Source: Deltaproteobacteria bacterium
Lineage (GTDB): Bacteria; Bdellovibrionota_B; Oligoflexia; Oligoflexales; RGVZ01
Length of the DNA: 35,810 nucleotides
Direction of reading: 5' to 3'
Assembly: GCA_040381655.1 (NCBI GenBank)
Contig: JBEIGW010000002.1
Span: 1-35,810 of the forward strand
The position numbers were made by a program, and so were the translations under genes. The notes under the pieces were generated by a model. It was given only the letters and a program-made list of their open reading frames with translations, was not told the DNA's origin and searched no databases. Each line of letters begins with the position of its first letter. The first letter of the stretch is position 1. Positions 17,704 to 25,561 of the stretch are shown here, piece by piece.

Positions 17704-18135
17704 TTGATTATCGGAGGAGTTTTGAAAAAATCTTTAACTGAAAAAGTTGACCTTCTAGAGATTTCTAAGGTGCTTACCGAAGTCGAAGAGATACGAAGTG
17801 TAATTTCTGAAAATGTTAGTGAAGAAGAATTTAAAAAAACTTTAAAACAAGTAAAAGAGGGAAAGCTCGACGGTTTTCGAGGCGAAGTCATATACGGATT
17901 CATTGAGGACTGTATACGCGAGGGAGGAGAAGAGGTTGATTCCTTTAGCATAAATCGGGGCGGAATCGACCATCAAGTTGAATTAGTTATTTATGAATAC
18001 TTCGGAATTTATTTTATCGAGGGAATGTACCTTGATCCAATTGGATATTTTTATACGAAAGAAGCTGCAATTTCCTTTGCTTACCATCATTGGAATAAAG
18101 ATAAAAAAACGCAAGATTGGCGCCAGGATTTATAG
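17704..18135 (+). CDS. hypothetical protein (AT-rich)
   Basis: 143-aa ORF with a TTG start at 17704, or TTG at 17722 preceded by GGAGGAG (17713-17719). No motif recognised. Confidence 0.5.
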   Translation: MIIGGVLKKSLTEKVDLLEISKVLTEVEEIRSVISENVSEEEFKKTLKQVKEGKLDGFRGEVIYGFIEDCIREGGEEVDSFSINRGGIDHQVELVIYEYFGIYFIEGMYLDPIGYFYTKEAAISFAYHHWNKDKKTQDWRQDL

Positions 18136-18225
18136 CGGTGAATTTTAATGAATATTCTATAGTCAATATGAATTTTGATAAAAATTTCAAAAAATTTATA
18201 GTCGTCGACATTCAGGCTGCCACAG

Positions 18226-18702
18226 CTACATATCTTTTCTGTAAACCAAAACAGATTTCTTGAGAATCTCTTGGTGTTCTTCAAAACGCTTTTTCTGATT
18301 TTGCTTGGCCATTAATATAGCTTCCATTGTCGCTGTCCTGACTGGTATTCCATCAATACTGCCAGCCTTTGAAAGCACCATCAAATCGTCAATCAAATCT
18401 GAACCAGCAAAAGATAGATGTAAGGTGACGCCCTCAAGGTTAGGTACATCATTCGATGGTTTTCGAAATGCAAAAGCGTGTGAATCCATGATCAGATCTT
18501 TTGCATGGTTCTTGTTGATGACAATTAATGCTTCTGGGTGATTGTCCGGCGTACTGGCACTGAGTAAGTCTTGGGGGATGCTGTTAGGTTTTTCCTTCAG
18601 CATAAAAATGTTTTCGCTAACAACGACGAAATCCCCTTGCTTAAAACTCGCAAGGCAGCGCTTTACTTCGCTAAAGCCAACCACATAAGATTCGATTAGC
18701 AT
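18226..18702 (-). CDS. hypothetical protein, last gene of the vWA/transglutaminase-like operon
   Basis: 158-aa ORF whose ATG lies 9 nt after the transglutaminase-like gene stop. No motif recognised. Confidence 0.6.
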   Translation of the reverse strand: MLIESYVVGFSEVKRCLASFKQGDFVVVSENIFMLKEKPNSIPQDLLSASTPDNHPEALIVINKNHAKDLIMDSHAFAFRKPSNDVPNLEGVTLHLSFAGSDLIDDLMVLSKAGSIDGIPVRTATMEAILMAKQNQKKRFEEHQEILKKSVLVYRKDM

Positions 18703-18711
18703 GTCATTACC

Positions 18712-20616
18712 CTAGTTCGATTGGTTTGTCGAGAATACTACCGACGTACGATGGTCTGCCCGTATGGTGCGAATAGCCTCAAGTAGCTCAGGATACATTT
18801 CAGGTGTGCACTTACGACTCGGATATTGAAATATTAATTTTCTGGTGATTTCCAATGACTGTCCCTCCAATTGGTACTCGGAGGTGTATTGAATATGCTT
18901 GGATTCATAACTAGCGTTTACCGGCAAGGATTCGATGCTGATATGGTCTGGTAGTTGAATCGAGTACTTGTCTTCGGTGGTGTTGGAATCGCAGACATAA
19001 GAAAACACTTTAGTATCAAGAGGTTTGTAGATGGTCATGGATGCGATATGACCCGGGGATACGCCGACAGGTGGGATGAACGCCCCTTTTTTTCTCAAAT
19101 CAGTAATGGAATCAAGCTTGAATGTCGATTGCCATGTAAATGGCGCTTCAATATTTTTAGGCGATGTATAGTTGATATTTCCTGAGCCAATTTCATTAAA
19201 TCGATACAGCATATCGTTGACCGTCTTCTCCATTGATTCCGTCATTTCCGAGAATCTCGCTAATCGATAATTGATCTCCATGGTTCCTGTAAGCACAGAA
19301 TCATTTTTACCTTCTACACTTCCATCAGAATGAATCTTCATATGCGTGTGGGACGTGAGCTTGTTTTCATCAGCAAACATCTTCGGCGTCCTGCCGTAAC
19401 GATTTAGCGACACAAGGACAGTCGGCTTATCAATGACTTGGTCATCGAGTTTGCCGAATGGGACAAATTGGGCTGTAGAGTCGAGATATAAGTCGAGGGA
19501 AGGTATGTAGGTGAGTACGTGATTGATTGGGCTATGGCCAGCCGGACCTTCTGGTAATTCAAAAGCATCGCCAAGGTTGATCAGTGCAGCTGTACTTTCA
19601 ATGCCGACTGCCCTAAGCATTGCTTCTAGAAGAACTACATGATCTTTGCAGTCTCCGAATCTGCGATTGAATATATAAGCAGAGTCACGAGGGACGAGTC
19701 CGCCGTCATCGACGGTCGTTGAAATATAGCGGATATTTTTTGAGACCCAAGTATAAAGTGCCTTTGCTTTTTCTTGATCTGTAATTGCATTGGCAGCTAA
19801 ATCATGGGCAAACTTCGAAATCTCGGGAGTAACTCGAACTTTTTGTTTAGAAGCTTTCTGGTATTGACGGCCGATATCCAGATAGTCTTTTGCTTGAGTG
19901 ATGATGACAAAGGGTGAGGAATCTGAGCTATCGACGCTGCCATCTTCTTTTTTTTGTGCAACTGCTTGCTGAATTTGGTAATGATAGACGATGTGCTTTT
20001 TTGATTCCGATACTACGCCTCCAGAAAATCCACGATGATTTACCATCAAATTTAATGATTTTGGTACCTTGATCGTAAGTTGAGCGTCTTCATACACCAG
20101 GTGCGGTGACAAGCCAAATTTCAAATCAAATTCACCTGGTTTTTCTGGTTTGAAATGTCTCATGCGGTATTTGCTGCGCAGGCGGCTACCAATTTCTACT
20201 TGCGGAAATACAATGGTGGTCGTGGTTTTATCGTCAAAGTGTCGTCCATTCCTCTGTTCACCTTCTGACCGCTTGATCCAATCCGGCGCAAGATGAATAG
20301 ACTTTCCGTTTGGTAGCAAGCTGCTGGCCGAGAGGATCTTGAAAGATTCTTGTGTGGATTTTGTTTCAAAGACATGATTTCCAAGAAAATCAACGCCATA
20401 CTCTGAAACAATACGTGTCACACGCTCAACTGTTTCGGAATATCTCCCGCGTTCATCAATATCGATATAACGATGTACTTTTTCATGAACAATGGGCGGA
20501 TCGTAGGGTACTGCCAATACAGCTGGTACTGCTGCGATTCCTGCAAGGATTAAAAATAACTTGGCGTATATCCGGATCATAGGTTGTTCTTTTTTCTCTT
20601 GATGATTTTTATCCAT
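18712..20616 (-). CDS. exported transglutaminase-like protein (DUF3857-like N-terminal region + transglutaminase core)
   Basis: 634 aa. Signal-peptide-like MIRIYAKLFLILAGIAAVPAVLA (the start may be Met13 at 20580). The catalytic-Cys context RRFGDCKDHVVLLEAMLRAVGI is typical of bacterial transglutaminase-like cysteine proteases. Confidence 0.8.
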   Translation of the reverse strand: MDKNHQEKKEQPMIRIYAKLFLILAGIAAVPAVLAVPYDPPIVHEKVHRYIDIDERGRYSETVERVTRIVSEYGVDFLGNHVFETKSTQESFKILSASSLLPNGKSIHLAPDWIKRSEGEQRNGRHFDDKTTTTIVFPQVEIGSRLRSKYRMRHFKPEKPGEFDLKFGLSPHLVYEDAQLTIKVPKSLNLMVNHRGFSGGVVSESKKHIVYHYQIQQAVAQKKEDGSVDSSDSSPFVIITQAKDYLDIGRQYQKASKQKVRVTPEISKFAHDLAANAITDQEKAKALYTWVSKNIRYISTTVDDGGLVPRDSAYIFNRRFGDCKDHVVLLEAMLRAVGIESTAALINLGDAFELPEGPAGHSPINHVLTYIPSLDLYLDSTAQFVPFGKLDDQVIDKPTVLVSLNRYGRTPKMFADENKLTSHTHMKIHSDGSVEGKNDSVLTGTMEINYRLARFSEMTESMEKTVNDMLYRFNEIGSGNINYTSPKNIEAPFTWQSTFKLDSITDLRKKGAFIPPVGVSPGHIASMTIYKPLDTKVFSYVCDSNTTEDKYSIQLPDHISIESLPVNASYESKHIQYTSEYQLEGQSLEITRKLIFQYPSRKCTPEMYPELLEAIRTIRADHRTSVVFSTNQSN

Positions 20617-20693
20617 TGGTCACTACATCCATGGAAGAAGCGACCTAGATTATTTATATATTCGTACATCTTTTGAACGATTTTGGATTGCTG

Positions 20694-20722
20694 AGGCATG
20701 GGCGTTCTGCTTGCCCATGCCT
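20694..20722 (-). terminator. 10-bp GC-rich hairpin between the vWA and transglutaminase-like genes (attenuator/terminator candidate, no U-tract)
   Basis: AGGCATGGGC-gttctgctt-GCCCATGCCT, 44 nt downstream of the vWA stop on the minus strand. No T-run follows on either strand. Confidence 0.35.
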
Positions 20723-20765
20723 ACAGACGATGATCGTTGAATCACTTCAAGCTTTTTTGGCGAAT

Positions 20766-23075
20766 TTAGAGGTTTTGCCTAATGATCAATTCATTAAAGT
20801 CTAGTGTCTTAGGATCATCTTCCAGTGTGCCCCAGCGATCTTCATGAACCTCTGGCAAACAGGCGCTGAGACGATCATGGATTTCGTCTTTTATGTCGTC
20901 CTGTAAGACGGAAAGAGTATGGTCTAACAGTCGCTTGACCTGCCGAGGGGCGACCTTTGTGTGGTCCAAGGCGCCGATGAGCCAGTCGAGGAATACAGCC
21001 CATGCGAGAACGCGATCATTGAGCTCGGTAGAAATTACACCGATCAGCTCTTCAATCTCCGATGGCAAGCCACAATTCAAAAAGCGGGTGATGGCATCTT
21101 CAAAGTCAGTGTAAGTTAGTGCCACATCCTCCAAGATAGACAATAAGGCCATTGGCTCAATGCCGAACATCTCAGGATCAGCTTGCCGCCGCATATAGCT
21201 GGGAGTCTCGGAGCTTGAAAGGAATTGAGCCATTTTGGACGATCGTAGTGGGGCAGAATATGCCATCGAATACAACACCCTGCTAGCTGATATCTGCACT
21301 GGCCGGACCGATCCCAATCCATGCCAACCGGCGGCCACCATTTGCTGTATTTGGTGCGGTTCTGGTAAACCTAGTGCTTTGTCATCCGAGACACGTTGAA
21401 CTACCATGAAGAGGTTGGTGTGCTCGGTAACGAGCTGATACTTTATTGCTATCTGACTTGCAGCTTCGGTGTCGGCAGCATCACGCAACAGTTTGGCACC
21501 TACGATTCGTGTGAGTGTGGATGTTGTCGGGGCTAAATCTAATCCGGCCTGAGGGGCTGCTGCGCCGTCAGTAGTTGACGACAAGATGAGGTTGATTGCA
21601 GCAGCAGTAACTACCGGCACTTCGCTGGGCTTGTCTTCAAGAATTGCAGCTAGATGGATCATCTCTCCTGGGTAGACGACTTTCGGGACTGGGGAGTGCC
21701 AGACAACTGACGTATGCCAATTTACAGATAGTCCGGCCACGATGCCTTGGCGCATTCGGTTAACCATGCGCTGCATAGCCGCGGCCATGTCCTCATTCGG
21801 TGACACAAACGCGCAAGCGCCATCACTATGTTCAGTAATCTCGCGCAGCAGACTTTCAGCTGGGGAGCTACCTACGCCAATCGCAAAGATTCTATGATTG
21901 GATTCCCTAGCAGACTGAATGATATTCTCAATATCCCAGACCTCGCCGTCCGTAATTAACAGTACATTGACCGGCCGCTCTCTGCGCTCACTCGTGATGT
22001 TGAATGTGTCCGTTAGTGCAGCATGCATCTCCGTGCCACCGAGATCGGCGGAGGTTTTATCAATGGCAGGCTCCAGAGATTTTGCCTTGAACTCAGTCGT
22101 TGCTGATGTGAGTTTCCCAACCACGCGACGGGGCTGGCTGCCAAACAGGCTGTAAGAGACTTTGTCTGCAGAGCTCAATAATGGCATGAGCGTCCTCAAG
22201 CCATTGCGTGCAAGCTCAATACTGTCACCTTCCATCGATCCCGAGCAGTCAACCAAGATCTTCAACTCAATTTCGGAAGAAAGTGTATTGGCCTCTTCAT
22301 TGAATACAGGAGTAAAACTTAATAGTGCTGGATACTCATCACCGTCCTTTGCCAGGGAAAAAACACCTTGGCTTTGAACGTCATCAATGACGATGACCAG
22401 ATCGCGATCGAGATAGCCTTCTCGACTCATGCTGACTACGGACTGATCATTGTCGTTGTGAATACTGGTTTGATGACTCGGGCAACTGATCGTACCTTTT
22501 GCAAGGTCTCCACCAATAGTAAGAGTCAATGACAATGGATAAGAAGCTGCGAGACTGGCATCCACAGAAGCAGGTTTTTTTAATTTGCCTGTTTTGAAGG
22601 GATCGCCATAACGAGGCGCGACAGTTGTTGGGATAGACAGACGCACCTGGCCTTGTTCGATTCTCAGCAATTGCGCGTATTCGATTTCAATCATGGCCTC
22701 TTCATCAGGCTTTAAGTTGCCCATGTGAGCCGTATATAGACCTTCGCCTGATTTCTCGACCATGATCGGCGTGTCGCCTTCTTTAATAGCCTTCTCGTAA
22801 TTTTCTTCGGCTTCAGTTTTCGGTAGAACAGTACCTTGCCAGGTTTTTCCTGCCATCGTAGCGGTCAGGCCCAGTAACGTACATTCCCAAGCCAACGGAA
22901 AGGTATAAATCGTCTCGATATTCTTCTTTGTCGTGTTCTTATAAAACTGACGTGCCTTAACTGTGAAAAGTAGGCCATCAACGCTTGCTACGATGTCGAC
23001 CTTTTGCAGCAGTACAGGCTGACCTTTCGTTCCTTCAAGTATGGATTTTTGAATTGTTTCGGTGGATGCAGACAT
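20766..23075 (-). CDS. VIT + von Willebrand factor A domain protein with unknown ~300-aa C-terminal region
   Basis: 769 aa with a GAGGT SD. The N-terminal VIT-like region is VDIVASVDGLLFTVKARQFYKN...YTFPL...EKSGEGLYTAHMGNLKPDEEAMIEIEY. The vWA MIDAS motif is LVDCSGSMEG, followed by ...LITDGEVW. No signal peptide. Confidence 0.85.
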   Translation of the reverse strand: MSASTETIQKSILEGTKGQPVLLQKVDIVASVDGLLFTVKARQFYKNTTKKNIETIYTFPLAWECTLLGLTATMAGKTWQGTVLPKTEAEENYEKAIKEGDTPIMVEKSGEGLYTAHMGNLKPDEEAMIEIEYAQLLRIEQGQVRLSIPTTVAPRYGDPFKTGKLKKPASVDASLAASYPLSLTLTIGGDLAKGTISCPSHQTSIHNDNDQSVVSMSREGYLDRDLVIVIDDVQSQGVFSLAKDGDEYPALLSFTPVFNEEANTLSSEIELKILVDCSGSMEGDSIELARNGLRTLMPLLSSADKVSYSLFGSQPRRVVGKLTSATTEFKAKSLEPAIDKTSADLGGTEMHAALTDTFNITSERRERPVNVLLITDGEVWDIENIIQSARESNHRIFAIGVGSSPAESLLREITEHSDGACAFVSPNEDMAAAMQRMVNRMRQGIVAGLSVNWHTSVVWHSPVPKVVYPGEMIHLAAILEDKPSEVPVVTAAAINLILSSTTDGAAAPQAGLDLAPTTSTLTRIVGAKLLRDAADTEAASQIAIKYQLVTEHTNLFMVVQRVSDDKALGLPEPHQIQQMVAAGWHGLGSVRPVQISASRVLYSMAYSAPLRSSKMAQFLSSSETPSYMRRQADPEMFGIEPMALLSILEDVALTYTDFEDAITRFLNCGLPSEIEELIGVISTELNDRVLAWAVFLDWLIGALDHTKVAPRQVKRLLDHTLSVLQDDIKDEIHDRLSACLPEVHEDRWGTLEDDPKTLDFNELIIRQNL

Positions 23076-23187
23076 TTTTACCTCACGAGTAAGTGGGATA
23101 CATCAATCAGATTAGTAACTGGATCAAGCACTGCCTTAAAGTAGGTAGAGCGTGTGTTGCAAGGTGTGATTCGCGGCCTACATAAAA

Positions 23188-23577
23188 TTATTGATTGAAC
23201 ATTGCCGGTTCGCGACCGACGACGTGTGAGCCTGGATCATCAATGTGGGCAACGGAGGAGGGTCCATTGGGGATGAGCCAAGCACAGGGAAGAGTGAGTC
23301 CGCCGAACATGGATTCGTACACACAAAAATCCACCCAGCACAATTCCCCGCCTACCTGCGCGCGGCCCGTTAAGCCTAGTCGTGTCCATTGATCTACCAG
23401 AGCTGCGATACCAGAAGGGCTCATAGCGCCGTCACGCAGCAAATACTGGTCATGCCACACTCGTCCCCCAATCAAATGGGCATGGTCTTTCAAACAACGC
23501 TCCCAACCGCCGGGATATTTGGCGCGTATTGCGCTGATGTTGACGATGAAGTCGATGAATTCGGTCTGAATCGCCAT
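23188..23577 (-). CDS. hypothetical protein (GC-richer), downstream of palindrome site 3
   Basis: 129-aa ORF with a GAGG SD 6 nt upstream of the ATG. No motif recognised. Confidence 0.65.
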   Translation of the reverse strand: MAIQTEFIDFIVNISAIRAKYPGGWERCLKDHAHLIGGRVWHDQYLLRDGAMSPSGIAALVDQWTRLGLTGRAQVGGELCWVDFCVYESMFGGLTLPCAWLIPNGPSSVAHIDDPGSHVVGREPAMFNQ

Positions 23578-23654
23578 GGCTAGCCTCGGTCAGTTATAGA
23601 TTTGTAAATAAACACGCATCATCGTGCGCGTTAAGAATCGTTATACCGACCATC

Positions 23655-23672
23655 AGGCTCAAAGACTGAGCT
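23655..23672. promoter_or_regulatory. operator-like palindrome, site 3 (AGGCTCA-AAGAC-TGAGCT)
   Basis: An 11/12 match. On the minus strand, TATAAC (23645-23640) lies 10 nt from the core and points at the 129-aa ORF. Confidence 0.7.
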
Positions 23673-23698
23673 AGCAAATTTTCACAAAAATATATTTC

Positions 23699-23716
23699 TG
23701 GCTCAACTAATGAGCC
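23699..23716. promoter_or_regulatory. operator-like palindrome, site 4 (TGGCTCA-ACTAA-TGAGCC)
   Basis: Perfect 6+6 match. TATACT (23727-23732) lies 10 nt downstream and points at the SprT-like gene (ATG 23779). The centre of this site is 44 bp from the centre of site 3. Confidence 0.75.
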
Positions 23717-23778
23717 TGGCGATTTTTATACTGATCTTAGAAACAAAGTTTAAATATCTATCAATTTCGAGGTCTTGA

Positions 23779-24366
23779 ATGGCGATAAAACCCACAACCC
23801 GGGAGTCTTGGCTGGAAGCTGCGGTTCAGGAATTAATACCGATTTTTGCCAAAGCTGGCTTCGCGGTCCCTTTGTGTAGGGTGTCCTGTGGATTTGCGAG
23901 CACTGGGACAAGGAGCGGCCATATTGGCCAGTGCTGGAGTACGAAAGCGAGCAAAGACGGAATAAACCAGATCTTTGTGTCCCCTGCATTGGAGGACGCC
24001 ATTGAGGTGCTCGATACTTTGGTCCACGAACTAGTTCATGCCGTGGACGATTGCCAGCATAAGCATGGCAAAGAGTTTAAAAAAATAGCAATTAAATTAG
24101 GAATGACTGGGCCAATGCGCAGCGCAGGCGCCGGACCAATATTGAAAGAGAAACTAAAGGAGGTGGCGGGCAGGCTTGGGGCTTATCCGCATGCCAGGCT
24201 ATCCGTACCCATGAAGGCCGTGACCAGATCGCCGCGGCCACGAGCAAAGTGCCAAAAATGTGGATTCACAGTCCCAATGCTAAAAGACTTTTTGCATTAT
24301 GGGCCGCCAATATGCCCGAAAGACCGGGTAGAGATGGATGCGATCGGCGATTGGGAAATAGCTTAG
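23779..24366 (+). CDS. SprT-like zinc metallopeptidase domain protein
   Basis: 195 aa with a GAGG SD. The HExxH motif sits in LDTLVHELVHAVDD, followed by HGKEFKKIA. The N-terminal GFAS...GQCW...IFVSP pattern and a C-terminal CQKCG...ICP zinc-ribbon remnant are typical of SprT-family proteins. Confidence 0.75.
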   Translation: MAIKPTTRESWLEAAVQELIPIFAKAGFAVPLCRVSCGFASTGTRSGHIGQCWSTKASKDGINQIFVSPALEDAIEVLDTLVHELVHAVDDCQHKHGKEFKKIAIKLGMTGPMRSAGAGPILKEKLKEVAGRLGAYPHARLSVPMKAVTRSPRPRAKCQKCGFTVPMLKDFLHYGPPICPKDRVEMDAIGDWEIA

Positions 24367-25340
24367 CGTTCGTATTGCCGGGAGGCGGCTTCATGCTCCC
24401 GGTGTACCTTGTCACGCAGGGCTTTGGGAGAAAGGACCTTAACTGCAGCACCATGTTTGGCGATATCAAGCAGGAGTTCGCGGTCGTCAGAATAGGGGAA
24501 TTCAAGAATATAAGCGCCAGACTCATCAAATGAGCCCCTTTGGTCAGGATGCCAAAGCTCAGCAGCTACCCAGCGGGCGCGCTCAGGGGTAAATTTCAGT
24601 TTTGCAGTATGTTTGGATTTACCTGCAAAGATGCCGTAGCTGACAGCAAGATATTGGTCGAGAGATTTGATGGATACATCGATAGCTTTTTTATTGACAG
24701 GGTTGATAGCGCGTATGCCATCCAGAGAAAACCCGCGGAGTCCGTCTCTTAGATGACACCAGGCATCCAAGTACCAGTTGTCTCGATAGTGAATTAAACG
24801 CTGAGGAGAGATTTCGCGGAGGGTGATTTCGTTACTTGCTCGAGCATAGTATTGGATTTCGATGCGTTGTCGCTTGAAAAGGGCAACCCCAACTTCGGAG
24901 AAGAAATGACTGCCTTGAACGCGACGGCCCATATCAACCAGCTTAATTCGCTTGCGAATTTCTTTGGACGAGGATTCGCCTTCGCCAATGACTGCATCGA
25001 GACGCGATAGAAAGGGTTGAATATGTGGCCCGATGATACTGCCTTGATCGAGGTTCTCGAGCAGCTGCTGCATGGTGATTAGCGCAAAGATCTCTTGCTC
25101 GGAGAACCAAAGACCGGGAAGTGAAAACTTGTTCTTGCTGTTATTGGTGCTCTCGTAGCGATATCCCCGAAGGTCGGTGTCGTAGACCACCGGAGCGTTA
25201 AAGCGATCGCGCATATATTCAAGGTCGCGCTTGAATGTGGCAAGCGACACTTCAAGAATCGAAAGAAAAGAGTCACGACTGACGATTTTTCGATCTTGAA
25301 GAACTTGATCGATTTTATAGAAGCGTTCGAGGCGGTTCAT
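24363..25340 (-). CDS. WYL-domain transcriptional regulator, paralog 2
   Basis: The track ORF runs to 25379. I prefer ATG 25340 (MNRLERFYKI...) because GAGGA sits 7 nt upstream and the resulting length (326 aa) matches paralog 1. Motifs are VSLATFKRDLEYMRDRFNAPV and SPQRLIHYRDNWYLDAWCHLRDGLRGFSLDGI. Its stop overlaps the SprT-like stop (TTAG at 24363-24366). Confidence 0.9.
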   Translation of the reverse strand: MNRLERFYKIDQVLQDRKIVSRDSFLSILEVSLATFKRDLEYMRDRFNAPVVYDTDLRGYRYESTNNSKNKFSLPGLWFSEQEIFALITMQQLLENLDQGSIIGPHIQPFLSRLDAVIGEGESSSKEIRKRIKLVDMGRRVQGSHFFSEVGVALFKRQRIEIQYYARASNEITLREISPQRLIHYRDNWYLDAWCHLRDGLRGFSLDGIRAINPVNKKAIDVSIKSLDQYLAVSYGIFAGKSKHTAKLKFTPERARWVAAELWHPDQRGSFDESGAYILEFPYSDDRELLLDIAKHGAAVKVLSPKALRDKVHREHEAASRQYER

Positions 25341-25404
25341 TAAATTTTCCTCATATTTTAACCACCGGCCTAGGATCACTCCAGAGTTAACGAGCTTAAA
25401 GACC

Positions 25405-25442
25405 CTTCATCAAAAAATGTGGCCACTATTTTTTAAATGAAG
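25405..25442. other. AT-rich imperfect palindrome between the ATPase gene and WYL paralog 2
   Basis: CTTCAT-CAAAAAATGTGGCCACTATTTTTTAA-ATGAAG, centred on GTGGCCAC. It could be a weak terminator or a protein-binding site. Confidence 0.3.
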
Positions 25443-25561
25443 AAACAAATAAAAAAATAAACTGTTTTTCAATTTAACCGATGTAACGAATACAACTTGC
25501 TACACAACTAGTTTACCTCTGACTAAGGTTTCAAAAAACGTGCAAAAAAGAGGCTCAATAA

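Noticed and set aside
24249-24533. Track ORFs 24249-24533 (+) and 24266-24529 (-), which overlap the SprT-like and WYL-2 gene ends.
   Set aside because: They are out-of-frame or antisense shadows of two well-supported genes. Their translations are low-complexity.
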